NCBI GenBank assembly: GCA_026770705.1
Contig: JANJGN010000030.1
Coordinates: 24,738,001 to 24,802,000, forward strand
Origin: Isurus oxyrinchus
Taxonomy: Eukaryota
Direction: 5' to 3'
DNA: 64,000 nt
Within the stretch, counting starts at the first letter, position 1; each line of letters opens with the position of its first letter. Positions 49,991 through 63,160 of the stretch are shown here, piece by piece. A program made the translations under genes and the position numbers. The notes below the pieces were generated by a model. It did not search any database. It saw only the letters and a program-made list of their open reading frames with translations, and was not told where the DNA came from.

Positions 49991-50246
49991 AACTCTGCCC
50001 AACAAATCCATGTCAGTGATTCTAGACCACATGAGCCTCCTCCCACAAACCAGCCTATCAGCACGTTACCTCAAATACTTCTTGAGGTAGCAAGTTCCAC
50101 ATTCTAACTACTCTCCAGATACAGAAGTTTCTCTGGAATTCCCCATGGGATTTATTAGTGACTATCTTACACGTAAAGTCCCAAGTTCTGGTCTCCCACA
50201 ATATTCCGATGGGCACACACATGGCAAAACAATAGCAATCTCTTAC

Positions 50247-50421
50247 CGTCAATTTCATCGAGTGGGATCTGCCCAAAGATCTGCAGGTAGGGTCGGTAGA
50301 AAACCCGGCGGAATATCCAGCTGACTCGGGTTTCAGTGTGGTACAGGAGTCCCTGAGTGGCCACCCCATAAGCCATGAGCCAGACACCCAGGAAGAACAA
50401 GAAGAAAAATACATCTTTCAT
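50247..50421 (-). CDS. TRPM4: TRPM4-like exon, S5, pore helix and selectivity filter ([42 protein letters not shown])
   Basis: 175 nt, phase 0-1; FGQ filter diagnostic of the TRPM2/4/5/8 group. Confidence 0.97.
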
Positions 50422-50559
50422 CTGGAAAAATCATGAAAATAAATTAAAACTGATGGATGAGAGATGCACACGGAACATGCACACTCAGGACCCTGACTCG
50501 TCACAGGCAATATCAAACTCTGAGTATGCCAGGCAGTGAGGGGTAATGGAGCTCATCAC

Positions 50560-52175
50560 TCACACTACACCCCTCCCCCGCCAAATAACACTCTCATATA
50601 CCCCACACCCGCCCCGGTAACACTCTCATATACCCCACAGCCCCAATGTAACACTCTCATATATCACACCCCTCACTGTAACACTCTGATATATCCCACA
50701 CCCCTCACTGTAACACTGATATATCCCGCACCCCTTACTGAAACACTCTCTGATATTTCCCACACCCCTCACTGTAACACTCCCTGATGTACCCCACACC
50801 CCTCACTGTAACACTCTGACATATCCCACACCCCTCACTGTAACACACTGATATATCCCGCACCCCTTACTGAAACACTCTGATATTTCCCACACCACTC
50901 ACTGTAACACTCTGACATATCCCACACCCCTCACTGTAACACTCTCTGATATTTCCCACACCTCTCACTGTAACACTTTGATATATCCCACACCCCTCAC
51001 TGTAACACTCTCTGATATTTCCCACACCTCTCACTGTAACACTCTCTGATATACCCCAGACGCCTCACTGTAACACTCTGACATATCCCACACCCCTCAC
51101 TGTAACACTCTGATATACCCCACACCCCTCACTGTAACACTCTGATATACCCCACACCCCCCACTGTAACACTCTCTGATATATCCCACACTCCTCACTG
51201 CAACACTCTAATATTCCCCACACCCCTCACTGTAACATTCTGATATACCCCACACCCCTCACTGTAACACTCTGATATATCCCACACGCCTCACTGTGAC
51301 ACTCTGATATATCCTGCACCCCTCACTGTAACACTCTGATATACCCCACACCCCTCTCTGTAACACTCTGATATATCCCGCACCCCTCACTGTAACACTC
51401 TGATATATCCCACACCCCTCACTGTAACACTGATATACCCCACTCCCCTCACTGTAACACTCTGATATACCCCACACCCCTCACTGTAACACTGATATAC
51501 CCCACACCCCTCACTGTAACACTGATATACCCCACACCCCTCACTGTAACACTCTGATATACCCCACACCGCTCACTGTAACACTCTGATATACCCCACT
51601 CCCCTCACTGTAACACTCTGATATACCCCACACCTCTCACTGTAACACTGATATACCCCACACCCCTCACTGTACACTGATATACCCCACACCCCTCACT
51701 GTAACTCTCTGATATACCCCACATCCTTCACTGTAACACTCTGATATATAACTCACCCCCCCACTGTAACAGTCTGAAATATAACTCACACCCCCCACTG
51801 TAACACTCCCATATATCTCACACCCCACTGTAACACTCTGATATACCCTACACCCCTCACTGTAACACTCTGATATATCCCACACCCCTCCCTGTAACAC
51901 GGTGATATTCCACACCCCTCACTGTTACACTCTTGATATACCCAACAATCCTCACTGTAACACTCCCATATACCCCACACCCCTCACTGTAACACTCCCA
52001 TATACCCCACACCACTCACTGTAACACTCCCATATACCCCACACCACTCACTGTAACACTGATATACCCCACACCCCTCACTGTAACACTCTCTGATATA
52101 ACTCACACCCCTCCCGATTCAGTTTGATATAACTCACACCCCTCCCGATTCAGTTTGATATAACTCCCACCCCTC
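50560..52175. repeat. ~29-33 bp minisatellite filling most of a TRPM4 intron
   Basis: cacccctcactgtaacactctgatatacccca repeated roughly 50 times. Confidence 0.95.
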
Positions 52176-52189
52176 ATTCTCTCACTCAC

Positions 52190-52322
52190 CATCTTCCCCA
52201 CGATGATGATCTTTGGGCCAAGCTGTTTGTTGACAGCGAAGATGTGAACCAGGCGAAAGGAGAAGACCATGAAGTCGAGGCACAACATGACGCGGCCCAT
52301 CTCGAACCAGGAGCTGAACATC
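52190..52322 (-). CDS. TRPM4: TRPM4-like exon, S4 and S4-S5 linker ([44 protein letters not shown])
   Basis: 133 nt, phase 2-0, donor ATG|gtgagt. Confidence 0.97.
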
Positions 52323-53615
52323 CTGCAAGAGCAACGGCATGAAACCCAGAACCGAGACTCGCACTCACTAAATGTCCTAGTGCCTGAGGGGCTACAGGAG
52401 CTGGAGACCACCAAAGGGGTCCCTAAGTTCAATCCGTGACCCCTATGAGGTTAGCTGGTCTCACTGGGGATAGCAGAATCTGTACAGCTATTAGCTGCTG
52501 GGGGGGGGGACGGAGTAGGGAAAAACTGTGAGAACGTTCTTAGTCTAGAACAAAGATGGAACAGCCAACGCAGAAGTTCTGCTTAATCCTACGAATCTTC
52601 CAAAACTTGTAAATGTTGATGTTCAGAGCAGTTTGTGTGTACTTTTACAAGCCACACAGATAGTTAGCATGCAGGTACAACCAACAATTAGACAATTGGC
52701 TAGGGAATTGCAGTACAGAAATAAAGAACCCTTACCGCGGTTGTAAAGGGCAGGGTTGCCAACCCTCCAGGCTCAGCCTGGAGTCCCCAGGAATTGAAGA
52801 TCAATCCCCGGGACCCTGCTGTGTGTGCAACCCTGGAGAAAGATCACCGGGACGTTAAAAAAAGATTGGGTTTTTTTTTTTAATGACATTACTATTGCTG
52901 TGGGTGTGTTGGGAGGAATTGCTCAAGCTCGTCGGCTGTGTTGTAAACACGTCTTCCTTGGTCATCAGGTCCCCCGGTGGGACTCGAACCCGGCACCTCA
53001 GAGGCTGGGACACTACCCACTGCGCCAAAGCGTTAGGATGCGTTTTTAACGAGCAGGCCTAGGCAGTCGCTCGCCGCCTGGTTAAGAAGAGTGGGCAGGC
53101 TGCCAAGGCTTGAGGCCCTCCAACAGTGACACATCGACAGCCTCACTGTCAGGAGGGGGAGATGGCAATGTCAGTGGAAGAGAGACAGAGAGAGAGGGAG
53201 AAAGTGCCTCAAGATGGAGGCAACCACTGAAGAACTTTTATAAATTTCTAAATTCAAAAAGACTCCAGCAGCCAGGCCATTGCTGTTGGAAGGGTAATCC
53301 CTCCAGTGGGCAGCCTGGAACTCTATGGCAGAGGTGGGTGTGGGTGCAGTATGTGGGCTGGGTGGGGGCGGGGGTCTTTCCTAGCTGGGGGGAGCAATAC
53401 CATCCCTCAACTGCCACTGGGGACCGCCCACCTTCCCATGGCCAGGCAGAGATGGCCTCAAGTAGGCCCCTTTAATTGGCCTAATAAGCTACCAGCCACG
53501 AATCAATGGGTAGCTCATGACCTCAAGAAGGAGTTGTTGCTGTTCATTCTATCTTGTGACCTGCTCTCTTTCCCTGCTGAATCCCCGTCCCTGCCAGAGA
53601 AAAATGGCCACCGAC

Positions 53616-53734
53616 CTGCAGACGACCCCAGCGATGAACATAAGGATGGCCAGAATGTCGCACTTGTTCCACATATCCTGATAATACAACTTCACCTTCT
53701 TCTTCATGGAGATATTCATGCTGACAAAGAAGGT
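53616..53734 (-). CDS. TRPM4: TRPM4-like exon, S2-S3 linker and S3 (TFFVSMNISMKKKVKLYYQDMWNKCDILAILMFIAGVVC)
   Basis: 119 nt, phase 0-2; WNxCD Ca2+-site motif. Confidence 0.95.
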
Positions 53735-54159
53735 CTACGGAGAGACAAGAGGAGCCGGCGTAACACAGATTTCCAGAATTACACAGCCAGTATCACAGGG
53801 GAGAATGGTAGCAGACTGACTATGTTACTGGATCAGTGACCTGAGTTAAATCCCAGTGCCAATTAATTTTTTAAAAAATGTGGAATTTAAAAGCTAGTCT
53901 CATTGATACTGATCCTGAATGGCTTGTTGTTAAAAACCCAACTGCTTCCTCAGGGAAGGGTCTGCCATTGGTACTCACTCTGGCCTACTTGTAAGTCCAG
54001 ACCCACAGCAACATGGTCGACTCTTAACTGTCCTCTGAATTGGCCTGGCAAGCCGGTCAGTTGTATCAAACCACTAGAGGAAAGTAAAAAAAAGCACTAT
54101 GGGTGTACCAACAGCACATGGACTGCAGCCATTCAAAATGGCGACTCACTATCTCTCAA

Positions 54160-54820
54160 GGCATCTGGAATGCTCTCCTTCATTGGCAGAGGTATAGAAT
54201 ATAAAAGTAAGGATATAATGTTGGAATTGTATAAAACACTGGTGAGGCCACAACTGGAGTATTGTCTGCAGTTCTGGTCACCACATTACAGGATGTAATA
54301 GCTCTGGAGAGAGTGCAGAGGAGGTTTACAAGAATGTTGCCAGGGTTAGATAAGTGTAGCTACGAGGAAAGATTGGATAGGTTGGGGTTATTTTCCTTAG
54401 AACAAAGAAGGCTGAGAGGTGACTTGATTGAGGTGTACAGAATTATGAGAGGAATAGATAGAGTGGACAGGATAAAATTGTTTCCCTTGGTGGAGAATTC
54501 TAGAACCAGGGGACATAGATTCAAGATAAGTGGCAGAAGGTGTAGGGGGGACATGAGGAAGAACTTTTTTAACGCAGAGGGTAGTGGGTGTCTGGAATTT
54601 GCTGCCCAAGTTGGTGGTAGAGGCAGAAACTCTAAACTCTTTTTAAAAGTACCTGGATCTGCACCTTAAGTGCTGTAAGCTGCAGGGCTATGGGCCGGGT
54701 GCAGGAAGGTGGGATTAGAAAGGGCACCTGGGTGTCCTCGGGCTGGCATGGACAAGATGGGTCGAATGGCCTCCTTCTGTGCTGTAACTTTTCTATGGTT
54801 CTATGGTTCTATGGTTCTAG
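54160..54820 (+). mobile_element. CR1-type LINE 3' fragment with (ttctatgg)n tail
   Basis: GIEYKSKDIMLELYKTLVRPQLEYCLQFWSP..RRLRGDLIEVY; further fragments at ~34150-34515, 57050-57590, 59500-59880. Confidence 0.9.
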
Positions 54821-55952
54821 GGCTGGGCAATAAACACCGGCCTGGCCAGCGAAGCCCACGACCCGTGAACACATTACTAAAAAAGGAGCCATGATCCTTG
54901 GCGGGTTCTTTACACAGGAGTTTGCAGATGTAGGACTGCGTGTCCCGCCCCTTTTACAGTTTTAACAAGAACATCTAGATATAAGGAACGAAATTGTTGG
55001 ATATATTATCATCTCTGGGTTTTGCATGTCAGTGATTAAAAGTTCGAGATTATCTGAACAGTGGTTATACAGTGACCCCTGTTGGAACGTTGCAGATGTG
55101 CAGGCAGGGTTGTGACGCTCCCTCCCGTGGCCTGAATTTACAGCCTGGCAGGCTGGTGCGTTCGGCAGGCCTGGGGAGAGGCCGGGAAACGGACTTCCGG
55201 CCACGATTGGCACCCCCCCTCCCCAACTCTACACCCCACCCCACCCACCCCCCCCCACTGCGATTTCACTCTGGCTGGCCGATTAACGACCAGCCCAGCG
55301 GTCGCCTGAAAATTTAGCCAAATGGAAACGCTGTCCACAGAAATTTATTTTTATTTTATTGCATCGCGGGAATCGTGATGAAAAATGTAAAGGCCGCCTG
55401 GCCGATTCTCCTGTCCGCCAACCATAATGTTGGTCGGGCTCCGTGAGATGACAGGCAATTGCGCCATTAATGGGCTGAGTTGCCCTCTTCATTGCCAGCG
55501 GGCGCGCTTCTGACTTTAACGTGTTCCTGTCGACCGAAATATCGCAGGGACACGGGGTGATGTCGGGACGCTCGCCCGTTGTCATCTCGCACGATTTCAA
55601 TCCCGACCAGCGTACGTTTCAGCCCCTTGTTACGGAATACCCCCACATTTGTAAGATGTACCCCGTGCCCTCTTGAGGCAGTTATTTCCAACATTCTCAC
55701 CCGTGACTCAGAACGACCATGGGTTCAAGTCACACTCCAGAGGCTTGAACCCCGTAATCCAGTGCTGAGGGAGTGCTGCCCTGTCGGCGGTGCTGTCTTT
55801 GAGGTGAGACTTTAAACCAAGGTTTTGTCTGCCTTCTCAGGCTGTAAAAGATCCCTTGGCACTATGTTGAAGTTCTCCTTCTTGACCTGGTCAATATTTA
55901 TCCCTTCAAATACATGGTACAGAGCTTGAATGTTGCTAAAAAGAGAGACCTG

Positions 55953-55988
55953 TTGTCGAAGCTTTTCATCTTGCACTCATCAGGACCA
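55953..55988 (-). ncRNA. Minimal type I hammerhead ribozyme motif, sense to the TRPM4 intron
   Basis: tggtc-CTGATGA-gtgcaagat-GAAA-agct-TC-gacaa; UUC cleavage triplet intact; left arm of palindromic element ~55915-56280. Confidence 0.7.
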
Positions 55989-58344
55989 ATGCAAGAATGC
56001 CAAATTTCGAAGGAACAAAACAATTTATACTACAGGAGAAAAGGGTGCTGATTGGTTGGCAAGTTGACTCTAACTGGTTGAGGCGTTGCCATGGAGAAAG
56101 CAACAGGAAACTCTGGGCTCCCCAAGCTCCCGGTAATTCAAAAAAGGCACAAGGTTTAAACCTATTCCTTTTGTTTGCAGAGAACGGCTCCATGTGGATG
56201 AATGTATGTCGCTTCTAGTAAGTGTAAGTGAGGCCGATGTGCTCAAGATGAAAAGCATTGGCAATCTGCGTCTCACGTGAAGAGCCTCCGGATGTTAGAT
56301 TCAGCTAAAGAAAAGAGTTATATAAATGCAGATTGTAGTTGGAAAAAAATACAGCATTTCCTTTCAAAGCAGGTCTGGCTTTGGTAAACATTTGGTTATT
56401 CTGAGTTCTGATTTTGGGTCTTTGGCTGAAAAGTGACCCCTGCTTTTCTTTTCACAGATGCCAATGGAGTTGCTCCGTAACTTACGCAGTTGTTCTGATT
56501 AAATTTTTGTGGGAGCTTGCTGTGCACAAGTCGGCAGCCACGTATCCTCCTTTACAACAGTGACTACGCTTGAAAAAGGAAAGCATTTCATCAGCTGTAA
56601 AGCACTTTGTAATGCCCTGAGGTAATGTAAGTCCTTTCCCAATTAGTTTGGTATTTTCTTTGCTCGTGACCTGGGCCAGCAGATGACAATATTACACTCT
56701 GCTCAATGATGGAGTTCCTACACGAGAGATACTGGTCACTCGTATCCATAATCCATCAAGCTCACCCTTCCTCCTCACCCAGTCTTGCCTTCACACCTCT
56801 CTACTGTGTCTTGATGGTAAAATTCCCTTCCATGACCTCGCACCCCCCCCCCCACCCACCCACCTCACCTCCCTATCTCTGGAACCTCCTCCAAGACCTT
56901 CTAAGCTCTTCCAATTCCAGCCTGTTGCCTATTGCTGATTTTCATCTGTCCACCATTGGCAGCCAGTTCTGCAGCTACCGAGAAGCTTACTTCTGGAATC
57001 CCCTCACTAAACCTCTCCAATTCTCTCCTCCTTTAATGCCTTCTTTGAACAAGCTTAGTGTACTGTGTGCTGTTCTGGTCGCCATACTATAAAATGGAAA
57101 TAGAGGCACAGGAGAGGGTGCAGAGAGGATTTACAGAGATGATCCCAGAAATGTGTGTGTTTACATATCAGGAAAGGGTTGACAGGCTGGGTCTCTTTGC
57201 TCTTGAAAAGAAAAAGGCTGAGGGGTGACCTAATCGAGGTCTGAAAGGTTTTGATAGAGTGGATACAGAGAGAATGTTTCCTCTTGTGGGGAAGAGCAGA
57301 ACTAGAGGCCGTCAATATAAAATAGTCAGCAAGAAACCCAATAGGGGATTGAGGAGAAACCTCTTCACCCAGAGAGTGGTGAGAATGTGGAACTGACTAC
57401 CACAGGGAGTGGTGGAAGCGAAAAGTATAGATGCATTTAAGGAGGGGGTAGACAAGCCTATGAGGGAGAAGGGAATAAAGGGTTACGCTGACAGATTTAG
57501 ATGAGGAAAGATGGGAGCAGGTTTGAATTGAGCAAAAATGCCAGCATGGTCTGGCTGGGCTGGATGACCTCTATCTGTGCTGTATCTCCTCAACAAGCTC
57601 TGATATCTTGCTTAGGTGGCTCCGTGTCAATACTTGGCAGATAACTGACCCTGTGAAGTGGCTTGGGATGTATTACTGTGTTAAAGGTGCTATATAAATG
57701 CACGTTAATGCTGTCCCTAACTATCCAAGACGCCAAACCGTGATGGAAATCAGTAATGGAGAACACAAGTCTCTCCAATCCCTAGCAGCCAATCCAATTC
57801 CTAACAGGGGAGAGACCCAGACCACAAAACTGACCCTAACTTGGGAGTAGTCACTAGTGCACTGGCCATCTCTTTCTCTCTCTTTCTCCTTTAAGACTTG
57901 TGTGGGAGGCAGAGTCCTTTGACAGCGCCTTCCAAACATGCAACCTTTACTACCTAGAAAGACCAGGGCAGCAAATGCATGGGAACACCACCCACCTGCA
58001 AGTTCCGCTCCAAGCCACTCACCATCCTGACTTGGAAATATATCTCCGTTCCTTCACTGTCACTGGGTCAAAATCCTGGAACTCCCTCCCTAACAGCACT
58101 GTGGGTGTACCCACACCACATGGACCGCAGCGGCTCAAGAAGGCAGCTCACCACCACCTTCTCAAGGGCAATAAGGCCTTGCCAGTGACACTCACATCTC
58201 ATGAAAGAATACAATGGAGAATTTCCAATTAGGTCGGGGGCACATTATTGGTGGGACATTACCTCAGCAGCTGTACCTGAAACAGTAAGGGTTCCTTTTC
58301 CCAATGTTAACATTCCCCACCTTGATAAGAACAGAATTTGCAAT

Positions 58345-58700
58345 TACTTGGTAGTACAGAGCTTGAATATCACTGAAAAGAGAGACATGTTGCTGAAGCT
58401 TTTCATCTTGCACTCATCAGGACAAATGCAAGAATGCCAAATTTCAAATAATCAAATTTATACTGCAGGAGATGAGTGTGCTGATTGGTTGTCAAGTCAG
58501 CTCTGACTGGCCAAGGCGATGCCAGGGAGAAAGAAATGGGGAACTATAGGCTTCCCAGGCTCCCGGGTAATTCAAAAAAGGAGTCAGGCTTGAACGTATT
58601 CCTTTGAAATTTGGCATTCTTGCATTTGTCCTGATGAATGCAAGATGAAAAGCTTCAGCAACACAACTCCCTTTTCAGCCATATCCAAGAGTTCACAAAG
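58345..58700. mobile_element. Palindromic element with two outward-facing hammerhead motifs (minus 58389-58426; plus 58625-58661)
   Basis: ~95-bp inverted arms, each with ttgtc-CTGATGA-N9-GAAA-agct-TC-agcaa. Confidence 0.75.
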
Positions 58701-58763
58701 GTAAATCTTTTTTAAAAACGGAGCCTGGACTGATTTCAGGCCTAACGGCCTTTTCCTGCATAC

Positions 58764-59004
58764 CTGCCGAATCTCCTCGAAGGCGAGTGTGAGGACCCAG
58801 AAGTACAGGATGAGCTCCATCCTGGACGGGCTCGCAAGTGGTAAATCCAAGATCAGGACGTAGGCAAAGAGAAACAGGAAGGCGAAATACATAATGACGT
58901 TTCCAAAGAACGAAGTGACAGGGGCACCCCAGAACTGCTTCCATCGAGTCATCCAAAATGGCCGTGCATTGCTGGGCTTCACCCTGACGTCAGCCTCACT
59001 TCCA
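58764..59004 (-). CDS. TRPM4: TRPM4-like exon, pre-S1, S1, S2 (..[52 protein letters not shown])
   Basis: 241 nt, phase 2-0, donor CAG|gtatgc; FWGAPVT motif and EEIRQ Ca2+ site. Confidence 0.95.
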
Positions 59005-61499
59005 CTGAATCGAACAGAGGAAAGGAACAGACTCAGAATCAACGTTTAATGACGTTCAGCTAAAGTTCACTGACGGTTGCCGTAAATGGCTCGATGCCCC
59101 TAACGAAAGCTTGAGCAATAATACTCTAGCCTCTGAGTCTCCACGGAGCGCCAAATGGCCTCCTTTATCAGTTCCAGCTAATCCTGAATGCCAACACCCA
59201 AAATGCTGGGATGGTCCTCGCTGGACAAACAACAGGAAGTTGTGGTGTTTTTTTTGGTTGTCGAATGGTTTCATGTGGGCTGAACTCGTATTCACATTTG
59301 TAACCCCTAATGCTTACTTGGCAGTCCTTGCTATTGCCAACCTGCAACTATGCTTTCTGGATGGAAGTAAGTGTGTTATCTCTATGGAGAGAGAATGTGC
59401 ACCACACAAACAAAGACCTATCTCTGTAGATTTCTGCAAAGCTTCTGCAAAAAGACTTAATAGTTAATATTATTATTAAAATGTTAATAGTACAGCCGCA
59501 CATCTGATTAAAACATATATGATCCTGAGGAATCTTGATCAAGTGGATACTTCCTCTTATGGGGGAGATTAGAACTAGGGGCACAATTTAAGAATAAGAG
59601 GTCTCCCTTTTAAAACGGAGACGAGAAGAATTTTTTTCTCTCAGACGGTCATTTGTCTGTGGAATTCTCTTCCCCAGAGAGCAGTGGAAGCTGGGTTATT
59701 GAACTTATTCAAGGCTGACTTAGATTTTTGATAGACAAGAGAGCCAAGGATTATGGAGGTGCAGACAGGGAAGTAGAATTGAGATCGCAGTCAGATCAGC
59801 CATGATCTTATTGAATGGCAGAGCAGGCTCGAAGGGCTGAATGGCCTACTCCCACTTCCAATTCCTATGCTCCTATGTTCTGTGCCATAAACGACTCCAT
59901 GGGCTGGATTTTATGCTCCCCTATCAGCGAGTTTGAAGGTGACTGGAGGGCTTATAAAATGCACTACATGTGGCTCACTCTACTGCCTACCTCACCCTGC
60001 TGCTGACCAGTTTCCCATTGTATGGGGCACATTGAAAGTGTTGGGCCTGCTCTTGGGCCAATTGAGGCCCTTAAGTGGCCACTTAATGGCTACTTATGGG
60101 TCTCATTCTGCCCCTGCCACTATTTTACCCGCGATAGGGAGAGGCCCACACTTAGTGGGCAGCCCGACAGCTTTAGCTGTCAGGCAAGTTGGGGTTAGGG
60201 AGGTGGTTGAACCTCCTTTCAGGGTCCTCTGTGCCCACCGGAGGCACCAGCCCCTGCCCCGACCACCCTAAGGTCATCCTTCCCCTTTACTCTCCCCCAA
60301 CCTCTCAAATCCGGCTCTCCACCACCCCCAATCCCACCCCCTCACCCGGACCTGATCGCGGTGAAACCCTGGGCTTAACGCTGTGTCAAGGTTCCTCCTC
60401 TACAGGGGCTGGCTGGAGTCCCAGTAGTGGCCACTGCTCAAACTGGAGCTGCTGGGACTCCAGAGGTTTTTTTAATATTCATTCATGGGATGTGGGTGTC
60501 GCTGGCTGGGTCAGCATTTATTGCCCATCCTTAATTGCCCTTGAGAAAGTGATGGTGAGCTGCCTTCTTGAACTGTGGCAGTCCATGCAGGTACACCCAC
60601 AGTGCTGTTAGGGAGGGAGTTCCAGGATGTTGACCCAGCGACAGTGAAGGAAAGGCCGATATATTCCCACGTCAGGATGGTGAGCAACTTGGAAGGGAGC
60701 TTCCAGGTGACGGTGTTCCCATGTGTCAACTGCCCTTGTCCTTCTAGACGGTAGTGGCCATGGGTTTGGAAGGTGCTGTCTAAGGAGCCTTGGTGAATTT
60801 GTGCAGTGCATCTTGCAGATGGTACACACTGCTGCTATTGTGCATTGGTGGTGGAGGGAGTGAATGTTGAAGATGAAGGATGGGGTGCCAATCAAGTGGG
60901 CTGCTTTGTCCTGGATGGTGTCGAGCTTCTTGAGTGTTGTGGGAGCTGCACTCATCCAGGCAAGTGAGGAGTATTCCATCACACTCCTGACCTGTGCCTT
61001 GTAGATGGTGGACAGGCTTTGGGGAGTCAGGAGGTGGGTTGCTGGCCATCTGATCGGGCAGGACTTCCTATTGAGATAGGGGCGGAAGTCTCACCTTGAA
61101 GCAATCAACACTGCTCCCAATGTTAAATTGCTGCAGGGCAGCCAGCAGTATTGTGGGCACTTTGCCCCTCCCCACGCCCCCCACATCACCCCGACTTTTT
61201 AGCCTGAGGGAGGAGAGTGGGGTCAACGGTGCCCCGTAAAATTGAACCCGATGAGTAAGAAGGTCAGGGGTTCAAGCCCCACTCCAGGATGCGATCTAGG
61301 TTGACATTTCAGTGCCATATTGAGGGAATACTTGGATAAGACATTAAACTGGGGCCCCATCTGCCCTCCCTGAGGTAAAACGTCTCCTGACACCATTCGA
61401 AGTGGGAGCAACAGATTCTCTCTGGTGCCCTGGGTGAATAACCCTCTGGGTGAATAACCCTCCCCACGAAACACAGGTTAACAGGCCATTCATCCCATT

Positions 61500-61860
61500 G
61501 ATTGGGGACCACACTCATCGGATGGATGACAGCCAAAGACCTGAAGACGTCCTGTGCTGTGAACTGGGCTCTGGGTCACGACCTGCTAGGCGTCTGCACC
61601 TCGGATAGGACACTTGCAAGCGAGGTAGGAAGACGTTGGTCATGGCCACAAGTCAGTTCGGGAACAGCTGCCAACAGCAGTAACCTCTGGAGGCCGACTG
61701 TTCAGGGGAAGAGGTGAGGAGAAACGAAAAGCTCAGCTGGCAGGGAAGAGGATCTGGGAAAAACACAGACCAGTGAGTCACGCACCTCCCCCAGCCCACT
61801 GCCTCCCTTTGCAGGAGGTGCAGCCATGCCAGAGTGGGTCACACCAGGTCATACTTAACA
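61500..61860 (+). mobile_element. RTE-type LINE 3' fragment
   Basis: Decayed HRMDDSQRPEDVLCCELGSGSRPARRLHL..TCKR, resembling the RTE C-terminus. Confidence 0.6.
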
Positions 61861-62532
61861 CAAAGTTGACCACAACGGCTTAAACCATCCCCGTTCCGCA
61901 GGCGGCCGGTGAACATCTCATTCCTTGGTGTTGGCTGTTGTGTTTCCTGTCTTACCGCGGTAGCTACACTTTGTGAACTGCGATCTGATAAAGAATATGA
62001 ATAGGAGCCTGTTTAAAATGTGGCCAACATCCCTTCGATGTCTCAGATTGATTTCTCGTCCAAGGGAGGAAGGGAAAGCGAAACTGAATTTCAATTTAAG
62101 CTTGGAAAAATGACTCTGCATTAATTTTGGAGTTAATGAGAGTGTTGGATGCTGCTATCACTGACTGTGGGAATCAGAGGAATCACTCAGTCCTTTCACA
62201 CAGTGGGATTCCTAAGGAGCACAGGCCATCTCACCAAGGTTACATTGCCATCAGCTCCCTCTGAGTCCTCTAACACTGAGAAGCCGCAATGTTGTGACAG
62301 CCAGGTCTTCAGCTCTCCAGGCCCTAAGCTCTGGAATTCCTCCCTTGAACCTCTCCCAGCCCTCTTACCGTCCATGTTATTGCCGGGTTTTAGTGAAGTT
62401 TCACTATTACCGTGCTTTCTAGCCTTACCGAATCTGGATGAAGCTTTGCTTCCCTATGACAGACTTGAGATAGTTGGTATAGTTTAGCTCCAAACAATTT
62501 ATTAAAAGCTATTTACAAAGCCCTCAGGGCAA

Positions 62533-62567
62533 GGGTTAGGGTAAGGGTTAGGGTTAGGGTTAGGGTA
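62533..62567 (+). repeat. Short interstitial (TTAGGG)n-like array
   Basis: gggttagggtaagggttagggttagggttagggtaa. Confidence 0.8.
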
Positions 62568-63160
62568 AGCGCATAGTATTCAGGACACCGACTATGCCAC
62601 ATCTAGCTCCCTCAGAGCCTCTCGGTCTTCTGGTTACTGATGTCACTCTTACACCATTAGTATCATCATGGTCTCATCGACATATCCATTAACCCATCAC
62701 TCTACACTCTCCTCCATTAAGATGCCCCTTAAAGCCTCTCTGTTTGGTCAAATGTTTGGTCAACTGTGCTAATATCTCATTTTGTGGCTCAGTGCTAACT
62801 TTTGTTTGTTAAGATTCATGTGACATGCCTCGGGATGTTAAAGGCGCTACATAATCGCAAGCTGTTATCAAACCCCCTCCAAGTTCCCGTCCAAGTCACT
62901 CACCATCCTGACTTGGAAATATATCGCTGTTCCTTCACTGTCGCCGGGTCAAAATCCTGGAACTCCCTCCCTAACAGCACAGTGGGTGTACCTACACTAC
63001 ATGGACTGCAGCGGTTCAAGAAGGCGGCTCACCACCACCTTCTCAAGGGCAATGAATACTGGCCCAGCCAGTGAGGCCCTCATCCCAAGAACAAAAGTAT
63101 ATAAAACAGCACATTGGACGGAAAGCAAAGAATGAATGAAATAGACAAAGTGCCACTGAC

